DNA of 64,000 nucleotides, taken from Octopus sinensis. Taxonomy: Eukaryota. The position numbers were made by a program, and so were the translations under genes. The DNA lies in the NCBI RefSeq assembly GCF_006345805.1, contig NW_021832844.1:1-64000 (forward strand). Direction: 5' to 3'. Of this stretch, positions 1-10,231 are shown one piece after another (within the stretch, counting starts at the first letter, position 1; every line of letters begins with the position of its first letter). Below the pieces are notes generated by a model that worked only from the letters and a program-made list of their open reading frames with translations, was not told where the DNA came from and made no database searches.

Positions 1-151
1 CGTTTTTACCCATAAAATATGAAGTATTTTGACTTTTAATTATTTTTTTTTAATTAAAAAGATTATGATTTAGAAAATAATTTTAAATCTTTAAAATTAG
101 CGATAATTGACAAAGAAAAAACATTTTTTTTAATTTTTAGATGCCTTATTA

Positions 152-759
152 TGTCGCGAGCGCAGCGCGCGACCGAGCGCTAGACGCGACTTTGACAGCT
201 AACAAGCCTGTCATCAACAAATATATTTATTAAATTATTTAAAATTTTAACATGATTTAAAATTAAAATTGAAATAACTTAAGTTTTCCATTGAATCCCA
301 TAAAATAATTTATAAGTAGACCTTAATAGAAAAAGTAAAATCAATGAATACTGAACGCTAATTTGGTTTAGGTTGTGAGGGGGGTAATAATTTAACAGAT
401 CTCATTGCTATTTTTTCGTTTTAATCTCTAAAATTAGGTCTTCTAATCAAAAATGAACTGTGCAGACAGGCTTGCTCCTTCAGAAGATTCTTGTTTTGAC
501 ATTTTAATAAATTATGAAGCATTTAGATTTTTTCTCATTATTCTAAAATATCCATTATAAATTTTAAAATATTATTTTTATTTATGAAATCGGTTTTAAA
601 GCTCATTCTGCTTTGGCATCGATTTTAAATTTTGTTATCGAATATATTTAAACCCAAATACCAGCCTGGGTATTTGTCAATTTATAGATTTGTTGATTGA
701 TCGGATCTAGAAATTGAGTGGTCGCTCGCTGCGCTCGGTCGCTCGCTGCGCTCGCGACA
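152..759. mobile_element. MITE with GC-rich terminal inverted repeats
   Basis: Left end TGTCGCGAGCGCAGCGCGCGACCGAGCGC (from 152) matches the reverse complement of the right end (ending 759) at 28/29 nt. TA flanks both sides (150-151, 760-761). Interior is AT-rich with no long ORF. Confidence 0.75.
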
Positions 760-762
760 TAT

Positions 763-2813
763 TAATATTTTGTTGCATGCCTTTTTGAAACAATTACTGC
801 TTCTAACCTTCTTTTGTATGTATCTATTAATTTAAAGCATTTTTCTTTGGAAATTTTATTCCACTCCTCACGGCAGAATGCTTTTAACTTCACTATATTT
901 CTAGCTCTTTGGTTTCCTACCTTTATTTTCAACGTTTTCCATAAATTTTCAATTGGGTTTAAGTCAGGAGATTGACTAGGCCATTTCAGAACATTTATTC
1001 CATTATTATTAAGCCATTCAGTAGTTATTTTAACTTTATGTTTAGGATCGTTGTCGTGTTAAAACGTCCAATTGCTTCTTAGCTTTAATTTATTGATGGA
1101 CGGAACTAAACAATTTTCCAAAATTTCGACGTACAGTGGGCGCAAAAAAAATCCGGTTTTCTAATTTCTCTATTTTTTTATATGTGCGATATAATATTTT
1201 TTTTAATCTTAAATTTTAGTGAAAAGTAACTCTTATTTTTTTATTTTGATTATTTTCATTATTTTTTTCAAGAGATATTTCCAATTTAAATTTACAATGC
1301 GCAAAAAAAACCCGGTTTTTAAAAAAAATGTCAAATTAATATTTAATATGCCGTCCTTTAGCCATAAAAACATCGTACACCCTTCTCGGCATGCTGTTTA
1401 TGAGTTTCTGTATTAGATCTTTCCGCATATTTTCCCAAATTTCGATAATTTTATCTTTCAGCTCATGCATATTTTTTGGAGGATTTTCGTACAATTTACT
1501 TTTAATATATGCCCAAAGATGTTCTATTGGATTTAAATCTGGCGATTGCGGTGCCCAATCCAATAGTTTGACGCTTCTTTCGGCAAAGAAATCTTTCGTG
1601 ATCTTTGATGTGTGTGGAGGAGCCATGTCTTGTTGGAATATGAATTCATTCAAGCACATTTTCGCAGCGGACTCCCACAGATTATTTGATAATATGTTCA
1701 CATAAGTTGCTGAGTCATAGTTCCATTTATAAATACTAGATTGCCTACTCCATAATACCCGAAACATCCCCACACCATTATTTTCCCCCCTCCAAATTTA
1801 ACAGTTGGAGATAAGTGCGATTTTTCTAGACGTGTGTGTTTTTCCTATAACAAAATTCCTTTTTTTTGTGATTAAAAATTTCGAAACAGCATTCATCACT
1901 AAAAATAGTTGATTTCCATGACGTCATATTCAGTGCGATAAATTTTTTTGACAAGGAATATCGTTTTTCGATATTAATTTTAGACAGATACGGTTTTTTT
2001 TGACACACACGTGAATATATTTCCTTTTGTTTCAGATAATTCCCAATTGTTCGTTTTGAGACGATTTTTCCTGTCAAAGAATGAAGATCCTTTGACAGGC
2101 AACGGGAAGATTTTTTCGGATTGTCAGAAACAAGCGTCAATAAAGTATTTATATCATCATTATTTAATGTCCTAGGTCTTCCAGAACCGGACAGTCTCTG
2201 TGTTGTTCCATATTTTTTGTATTTACGTATGTAATCTCCCACTGTTGATCTGGGAATTTCTACTTCTTCTGAAATTGTTTATATGTCCAATTAAGGAAAT
2301 AAAGTTGAATAATTTGTCCTTTCACAATTTCTGAAATACACGACATCCAACAACAACAAAAATGACAACAATTTCAAATTTTTGAGAATAAAAGACTCAA
2401 TAATTAAAAAAACCGAGTTTTTTTTGCGCATTTTAAAATTAAATTCAAGATATCTCTATGAAAAATAAAAAAATACTTAAAATTAAAAACATACTCGATT
2501 TACATTTCAAAATGATACTAAATTAAAAAAAAATAATATAAAATTTATATTGAAAAATTCGAAAAATAAGAAAACCGGATTTTTTTTGCGCCCACTGTAC
2601 ATCTTGGCATTAATATTCCATCTATGAAAAATAGTTCACCCACTCCTTAAGACGAAAAACACGCCCATAACATTATGCTGCCTCCTCCGTGCTTAACTGT
2701 CGATATGGTACATTTTTTGTCATATTCTTGATTTTTTTTCCTCCAAATATATTTGTTAGAATTGAGGCCAAAAAGTTCAATTTTGGTTTCATCTGACCAG
2801 AATATGTTCATTA
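763..2813 (-). mobile_element. Degenerate host Tc1/mariner transposase (DDE region), interrupted by the 1134-2597 element
   Basis: Minus strand 2600-2813 reads WSDETKIELFG...TVKHGGGSIMLWACF. It continues across the TA at 1132-1133 into HDNDPKH...WPSQSPDLNPIENLW...ATKY-stop at about 763. Confidence 0.85.
1134..2597 (-). mobile_element. Tc1-family DNA transposon A, full length, transposase split into two ORFs
   Basis: Perfect 29-bp TIR CAGTGGGCGCAAAAAAAATCCGGTTTTCT with TA duplication (1132-1133, 2598-2599). ORFs 1826-2242 (GSGRPR, FSDEC) and 1336-1773 (FQQDMAPPH, WAPQSPDLNPIEHLW). Confidence 0.95.
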
Positions 2814-2815
2814 TA

Positions 2816-4257
2816 CACTCCATATAATAAAAAACCGGATTTTCAAGTTTGCATGTTTTTACTAGTATTTTTTTTAATGTATATCAATTTTTAAATTACT
2901 TTTCAGCAATCGTTTGTTGTATCTTTTTACTATTTTTAAAATTATAATATATATTTGAATAATTGATCTTGATAAAATCTTGACGTGTATTAAAAAACCG
3001 GATTTTTTGTTCGTTAGTCTGTTGCTAAGCCAATTTTTAGGTATTTGAAAAAAATGCTTGATAAAATCACTAAAGGAAAGATTCTAGCACTCATTCAATT
3101 AAATTGGACACAAAAGAAGATTGTTGAGGAGCTGAATATTCCAACTTCGACTCTCAATGATTTTCTGAATAAGTTAAATAAAAAAGGGACTGTTGATCGT
3201 ATACCTGGTTCTGGAAGACCCAAAAAGCTCTCTAACTCAGATATTTGTAAACTTGTTAACATTGTGAAAGAAAATCCAAATAAAACACTGGCCAACCTGA
3301 AAGAAGAAGTCTTCGATTTTACAGGAAAAGTTGTCTGCAAAAAAACAATAAGCAATTATCTACATGAAAATCATTACAAAGCATGTGTGTACAAGAAAAC
3401 CTTTTTTATCAAAAAAAATAGTGAAAAACGATACGAGCTTTCAATAATCTTTTCTACAATAAGCAATGAAACGTGGAGAACTGTTATATTTAGTGACGAG
3501 GCTTCCTTTGAAATTTTTTCATCTAAAAAAAGAAAATTATGCTCAGAAAATTTTTTCAGCCTTAAATTATGCCCATTTAACGCCAACTTTGAAGTTTGGT
3601 GGTGGAAAAATTATGGTATGGGGTTGTATCTCCAATCATTGAAAGGGGAATTTGGTTATAGTAAATGAAAAATAAATTCTGCTGTATATATCAACATTTT
3701 AATAAATAATTTGTGGAACTCGGCAGATAAAATGGGGTTAAATCGTTTTATTTTCCAACAAGATTTCTCCCCCTGTCATAATTCACGGAGAACAAAACAA
3801 TTTTTGGATGAGAAAAAATTGAATTATTAAATTGGGCACCACAATCACCAAATTTGAACCCAATTGAACATGTGTGGAGCTACATAAAGGAAGAATTGAG
3901 TAAAAAAAAGCTGCATAGTAAAAAGGATTTATGCGAAAATATCATAAAAATTTGGGACGAAATACCAATGGAATTTGTGAGAAAATTAACTGAAAGCATG
4001 CCAAGAAGAAGCATTGAGCTTTATAAGGCACACGGAGGACACATTAATTATTAATCATTTGACTTTTTTTCTAATCCGGTTTTTTTACACAGAAAAAATT
4101 TAATATAGTCAGTTTAGCTGTACAAAAAGATTATTGAAAAATTATAAAAAGAAAAGTTACGAAGATTATCATTATAAATTAAAAAAAGTCTAAAATTAAA
4201 AACAGAATATCAAAAAAATTAAGCATTCGAAAATCCGGTTTTTTATTACATGGAGTG
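2816..4257 (+). mobile_element. Tc1-family DNA transposon B, full length, frameshifted transposase
   Basis: TIR CACTCCAT(A/G)TAATAAAAAACCGGATTTTC with one mismatch; TA at 2814-2815 and 4258-4259. ORFs 3045-3668 (GSGRPK, IFSDEASF) and 3854-4054 (NPIEHVW). Confidence 0.95.
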
Positions 4258-4689
4258 TAATATTTTTAAGAAAAAAGATCATTTTCTTTGTAGAAGAACA
4301 GCATATATATTCCCAATCTTTTGTACATAATAGATTTAAAGTTTTTCTTAATATGCTAGGAATTTTTTGAGAGCTAAACAAATCTTTTAAAAAACTGTCG
4401 AAAAATCGTCAAAACCTATTTTTATGACTGTGAAGATCGCTGTTGGTATATATAGATTTTATCAACTTCTTCCTGAAATTATTTTATTTACCAAAAAAGT
4501 GAAGAATGGATTATTAAAAGACAAAGGTTGCAGATTTAGGATTTTATGTTGATATATCTTTAAATTCGTCTACCCTGAATGTTGAACTACCAGGCAAAAT
4601 AAGCTTAATTATCAAATTTGTGGATATATTGATGGATTCGCTAAAAAATTTCGTTCATAGAAAACGCAGATATTTACAAAAAATACATA

Positions 4690-6573
4690 CAGTAAAACCT
4701 CTGGTGCTCGCCACCTCTGTTACTCGCCACCTCTATTGCTCGCCACTTTTTTCAAAAAAATTAAAAATTTATAGTAAATTTTGATAATATTTCTATTGCT
4801 CGCCATTTTCTAAATCTCGCCATTAATTTTTAAAAACATTTTTTTTGGTTAAACTATTTTAATATAAATATTTCAACCATGCTAAATTCAACATGCGTAA
4901 GAGCACAAGATTTTTAAAAGAAATGTTATTATATCGAAAGAGAAGAGATTGATTTGAGAAATCAATTGAGGAAGCCCGCTGCCTGTATGGAAAGCGAGTT
5001 CCCTCGGAGTATGGCTATTCGATCCTTTGTCTTAGCCATACTCCTTCACGAGGATCATTCTTCTTTGTGGCGAGCATTCTTCGAGTTCGCGCAAGAACTC
5101 GGCATCGCTGGGCCAACTGCTCCTGATGACTCAGCCGCAACAGGGGTGAATCTGTAGCGGTCCCGAGGAAGGAATATTTTTTGGTTTTAAGGTTTTCCGC
5201 GATTGAGGCAGCTGCTCCAGGTGTCTGAACCGATTTAAGGAGATTCGTGCTTGAGTAAGTATCGACGCAAGTTGCGTCCCAGACCAAAGATCGTCCGAGT
5301 TGAAAGGGAAAAGAGTCATCCCGTCAGGTCTCTTTCCATCACCTCGATCGAGACCCACTGGTTCAAGCTGTGCTGGGAAGCCTGCAGCTTCAGAGCTCTG
5401 ACGATCACGTCGTCAGAGCGGCGTGACGTGGTCCTCTTCCGGCGGATCTCCTGCAGGATAGCGGGTGCAATCCCTTCGCATCGACCGTTTTCCCGCAGCG
5501 CAGAGCACAAGATTGTCTTTTAATGAAAAACGTCGCATTATTCCGTACATGGAGGAGAACAAAAGTCTCACACGATGGACCGTATAGCTTACATTTTTTC
5601 TTCTGTTTTGAATAAAAAAATATCTCGAAGGGCTGTAAACGATTTTAGACTTTGAAAAGAGAAAATAATGTCTACTGATCCTATTTTCTCCAATAAGAGA
5701 TTATCTAAATTAACTTATTCTGTTATTGACACCGAACTGTTAACTTGGATGAAATACATTGAGCTTAGAAGGGGGACGATAATTCAATTTTGTTGAAAGC
5801 AAAGAACATTGCTAATATTTATAGAATTAAAGAGTTTAAAGCCAGCAATGGATGGCTAAGCAAGTTCAAGATACGGAACAACTTAAAATTGAGGACTTTA
5901 CATGGAGAATCAGGATCTACTGCAGTTGATCAGAAACAGAGAATTGATGCATTTACTTCTTGATCTCTGCAAAGATTCACCACCATATAATGCTGAAAAC
6001 ATTTTAACGCTAATGAGACTGGGGATTTTTTACAAATCTATCCCTTCAAAATTATGATCAAATGGTAAATATTTTGAAAATATTGGGCCCCGTGGATAAA
6101 GAATGATTTTATTAATCATGAATTTACTGAAAATAGATGAAATTAAAGGTTACCTTAATATTGTTGGAGATTCTTTCCCACAAAAATATAACGATGAAGA
6201 TACTCATAATGATGAATCTCATGTTATTCGGAGGAGGCTTGAAAATGTTGAAAAGAATAGTCATTCTTTTATCAAAATAAAAATTTTGATAAAATTCGTT
6301 GGAATTAATCAAAACCGTTATTAGAAATATGGCTAATTCAAAAAAACTATTAAAGATTTTTTTAGTTAATTTTTCCTTTTATTTCTTTCGATTCTCTTTG
6401 TTCTTGCTCAAATATGACTTGGAAGGCTCCACTTATGAAAGGAAAGTATCGAAAACCGGATGTTTCAAAATTTCAGAGTCGAAAAATTTATTGATTATTT
6501 CCATTGCTCGCCAAATTCTATTGCTCGCCATTTTTCTTCGGTCCCGAAAATGGCGAGCACCAGGGTTTTACTG
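4690..6573 (+). mobile_element. pogo/Tigger-like DNA transposon, degenerate
   Basis: Ends CAGTAAAACC(T)CTGGTGCTCGCCA in inverted orientation, TA flanks, repeated subterminal ATTGCTCGCCA. Transposase remnants SKEKRLSFNEKRRII and ASNGWLSKFKIRNNLKLRTLHGESGS. Confidence 0.85.
4952..5509 (-). mobile_element. 5'-truncated CRE-like non-LTR retroelement (restriction-like endonuclease region) inserted in the pogo element
   Basis: Motifs GLDRGDGKRPDGMT, VWDATCVDTY and IAILRGN. A 6-bp duplication AGATTG (4946-4951, 5510-5515) restores the pogo reading frame when the insert is removed. Confidence 0.9.
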
Positions 6574-6676
6574 TACGTTCCTATATTTGTCGGAAATTTC
6601 CAAAGGTGTTTCAACTAAAAAATATTTAAAAATAATTAAAGATTTAATTCACAATTGTTAATTAATCAACTAGAAG

Positions 6677-7033
6677 TTAACAAAGCCATCCATCCGAAGT
6701 GGACCCCGCCGACATTATCGACGTTGCATTGCCTCTCACGATCAACTGGAGAAGCCACCGTATCTCACGTGTGTCGTGACTTTTTAATGTGGCTAAGCAT
6801 CCAAGCTTCTTTAGGAAGCGGAGCGATTTCCTACTAATTCCTCCAGTTGTCTTGACCACAATCGGATAGAACGCGAATCGGTCTCGCAGAGCTTCATATT
6901 TTCTCTCCTTTGCTCTCATCGTTTTATCCGCGGCATGCAGTCTGTCCACTGCGTTCCCGGCAATGTTGGACGGGCAGGCAGATGCTGGATTTAGTAACAC
7001 TAATAACAAAAGAACAACAACTAAAAACAACAT
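6677..7033 (-). mobile_element. CRE-like retroelement endonuclease C-terminal fragment
   Basis: KERKYEALRDRFAFYPIVVKTTGG...LIVRGNATSI. Confidence 0.8.
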
Positions 7034-7039
7034 TCATAC

Positions 7040-7383
7040 GTCTTGAGACACTAGACGCACATACCTCCCTATTTCTGTTAAAAAATGCCTTTCTGCGCAC
7101 CCTACTACCTGGAAATGCAACAGCTCGACAATATCGATTGTCTCTTTCGGACCACCATTGAACGCATGTGAAATTCGACGACCAAGGGTGGGACCAAGCG
7201 ACCATTCCCGTTAACCTGGGCGGACTGGGAATCCCTTCTCCGAAAGATCTAGCTTGCCCCGCATATCTATCCTCTTTGGACTCCAGCCAACTGCTGATCA
7301 GGACTGTGGACACTCTCTGCCCGTCCAACATTGCCGAGAGCGCAGTGGACAGACTGTATGCCGCGGAAAAAACGATGAGGGCA
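7040..7383 (+). mobile_element. CRE-like retroelement fragment (post-RT region joined to endonuclease region)
   Basis: AHTSLFLLKNAF and QATIPVNLGGLGIPS...AYLSS motifs, then a segment 92% identical to 6911-6977 in inverted orientation. Confidence 0.7.
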
Positions 7384-7499
7384 GTTGTTTTTAGTTGATG
7401 TTCTTTTGTATTCGAGTGTTACTGATTCCAGCTTCAGTGAGAGGACATCCAAATATTTCTAGTTGTTCTGATTTGGTTTCTGTGAGGATGATCTCTCTG

Positions 7500-7770
7500 A
7501 ATGTTTCAAGAAGCAGGTCCCATTTAGGCTACGGAAATCCAAAATTGATAACTTCGCACTTATTGGTGTTTAGGGTTGGACATAGAAATTCCAATTAGGC
7601 TATCACACTTTTTAGGCAATCTAGCACATCCTTCGGATGGCCGCCCATTGTGCAATCATCCAAATACCATACCCTCAGAGGAGTGGAACAATATCTTGTG
7701 ACACGGGAAATTCCCAGGCTGAACAAGGCAGGGCGCAGTGGGTCTCCTTTGGAATTATAAATTGCCAAGA
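7500..7770 (-). mobile_element. CRE-like reverse transcriptase core fragment
   Basis: Minus strand reads KGDPLRPALFSLGI...VWYLDDCTMGG...LNTNKCEVI, the same motifs as 9601-10092. Confidence 0.65.
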
Positions 7771-7957
7771 TTTCTAAGGAATTTTGATCCAGAAAACACT
7801 AAAGTAATTTATCCTTGGAAAGCGTTTTAACTGATACGTTCTATTATTAACTAACTACATAGAAATTCTGTGTTTAATTATTATTGTTTAGTCTAAGTGG
7901 TCATTAATTTTTTTAGACAACTAATTTATTAATCAAATTAGGTCAAGAGAAAAATCG

Positions 7958-8230
7958 TCATTGGCAGATAGCCAGAGTATTGCTTCTGACTATGGCTATA
8001 GATATTCGTTCGATTAAATACCGGTGCTCACACGGGTTGCCGGTAACCCTTTCGATTAATGAGGCAATGCGCTGGAGTAGGGTCCGAGTAGAAGGCCCCT
8101 GTATTCCTGACGTCTCAACAGTCAGGGGGACAAACACTCTGCCATTCCCAATTCCAGCGTATTTCTCAGCTTTTCTCTTCTCAGTCCGTTCAGACGGGGC
8201 TCCCGGACTCATTTTTATCGAAAAATGACA
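7958..8230 (-). mobile_element. CRE-like retroelement endonuclease C-terminal fragment
   Basis: KAEKYAGIGNGRVFVPLTVETSG...RISIAIVRSN. Confidence 0.8.
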
Positions 8231-8413
8231 AATTTGTTTATTTGTTGTGGTGTAATTTTTCCCCATTTGTAATTTTGTCACATTCATTGTTGTTCTTCAT
8301 TGTACTGTCTCATTTTCTGTGTATCCTATTGTATTCTATTCTAATCTATTCATGGAAAAAGTAGATAATCCCACATGCCTTTCTTTCGAGAAATCGAACA
8401 GACGGAAACGTGA

Positions 8414-10092
8414 AATTTCCATCTTTCTTGTATTGGTCTCAAGAGGAAGCAGGCATTTGCCTTCCAGACGTGGAATTGCCCTTCGTGCGTAGTTCCTAGA
8501 TGGTGTCCACCTCCCTTTGCCCTTCCCGTTTCTGATGCAGAGGATTTCCTGCGATATCTGTCCGCTTTGCGACGGTGCAGGTACATCCCCGTCAGGATTC
8601 CGAAGGCAGTCAAGTTACTTGCTGCAGAGAGTCTTGCCACCTTGATCGGAAATGTCACGAAGAAACACTCCGACGCCCTTTCATGGGCAAAACTATTCCT
8701 CTTTCCCGTCTACGCTTTGGGCGTCCCGATACAGCAACAAAGGGATGGACAATCCCTTGCTAAAGTTTTGAGAGCGCAGATCGCTGAATTCATGTCCAAT
8801 TTCGAGTCCGTCCTCTGCCCCCTACCGAAGGGACGCACAAAGTTGAAAGAAGGCCCTCAAAGGCATCTGAGGCCGAAAGGATACGGCGGCTGGTACGGAC
8901 AAAACTCATGGAAGGAGACGTAAAGGCCGCTGTACGAACCATATCCTCGGACCTGGGCACCCTTCCATACAGCACTGCTACTGTTTCCGCATTGAAGGCG
9001 AAACATCCCAGCGCCCCTGAAGACTTTTGTGAATTCCACCTCCCTAATGTCATTCCACTAGTAGCCTCGGCCGCGGACGTCTCCGATAGCCTGAAATCCT
9101 TCCGCCGCAGCAGCTCTGGCGGTGTGGATGGCCTAAGGCCTGGGCATGTTCGTGATTTGATATGCCGGCTCTCAGGGGAAAACAATACTACCTTGCTCGA
9201 AAAAATCGTCGAACTCTCTAACAAGATTCTGTCCGGCGATTTATGCTCTTTTGCCCGTAAACTGATCTTCTCCTCATGTTTGACGGCCCTAAAGAAGGCA
9301 AATGGCGGAGTTCGCCCCATTGCTGTCGGAAACATTTTCCGAAGGATTGCTTCCAAGATAGCAAGCTAGGCAGGCTCTGGGGAACTTCTACCGTACTTCT
9401 TAACAACACAGCTCGGAGTTGGTGTCCGAGGAGGCGCTGAGGCCGGGGTCCACGCTCTACGTGAGTTTATTATTTCTTCCACGGATTCCCAACGAATTCT
9501 GGCCAAGATCGACTTAAAGAATGCATTCAATTCTGTTAGAAGAGACTGTATTCTTGAAGCTTGCGCCAAAGAAATTCCGTACATCCTACCGATTGTCAAT
9601 TTGGCATACTCCAAGCCTTCCGCGCTTATATTCGGGACAACCATACTTGATTCTGCCAATGGAGTTCAACAAGGTGACCCTCTAGGTCCTTTCTTATTCT
9701 CCCTCGCAATCCACCGAACAACGAGATCGTGTAAAAATGATCTTAGCATGTGGTATTTGGATGATGGAATAATTGGAGGAACCCCCGAAGGCATCTTGGA
9801 AACCCTGAAGTCTCTTGTTTTTAATTTTGGAGCGCTTGGGATTGAATTCAACTGCGGCAAATGCGAAATTGTGAATGTCAACACGGACGAACTTTCCTTT
9901 CGTAAGTGGATGACCGAATTCGACAAACTGCTACCTGGATGCACCTTCCCCCTCAAAGAAAACTTGATTTTTCTTGGATCTCCTATTTTTGAAAGTGGTA
10001 TCAAAGCTGTTATGAAGGCTAAAATTTCGGAATTTTCCCTTCTCTCTGAAAAATTACGTTGTGTGGATAGCCTGACGATTCTAAAAGTATAA
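8414..10092 (+). mobile_element. CRE-like non-LTR retroelement: PHD half-finger plus reverse transcriptase, disrupted and 3'-truncated
   Basis: One frame 8414-8923 (FHLSCIGL...WNCPSC...RIPKA...WAKLFLF). Then VRPIAVGNIFRRIASK, QLGVGVRGGAEAGVHALR, KIDLKNAFNSVRR, GVQQGDPLGPFLFSL and WYLDDG, with frameshifts and stops. Confidence 0.9.
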
Positions 10093-10231
10093 ACAACAAC
10101 AGTTAAGTACAAATAAATTTTAAAACTGAAATAATGTACGGAAACGACACCTTAATAAAGATTAAATCCAAAGAATATTAGAATACATAATTTAATAGAC
10201 TACACGAATAGGAAAAAATAAATAAGACAGT

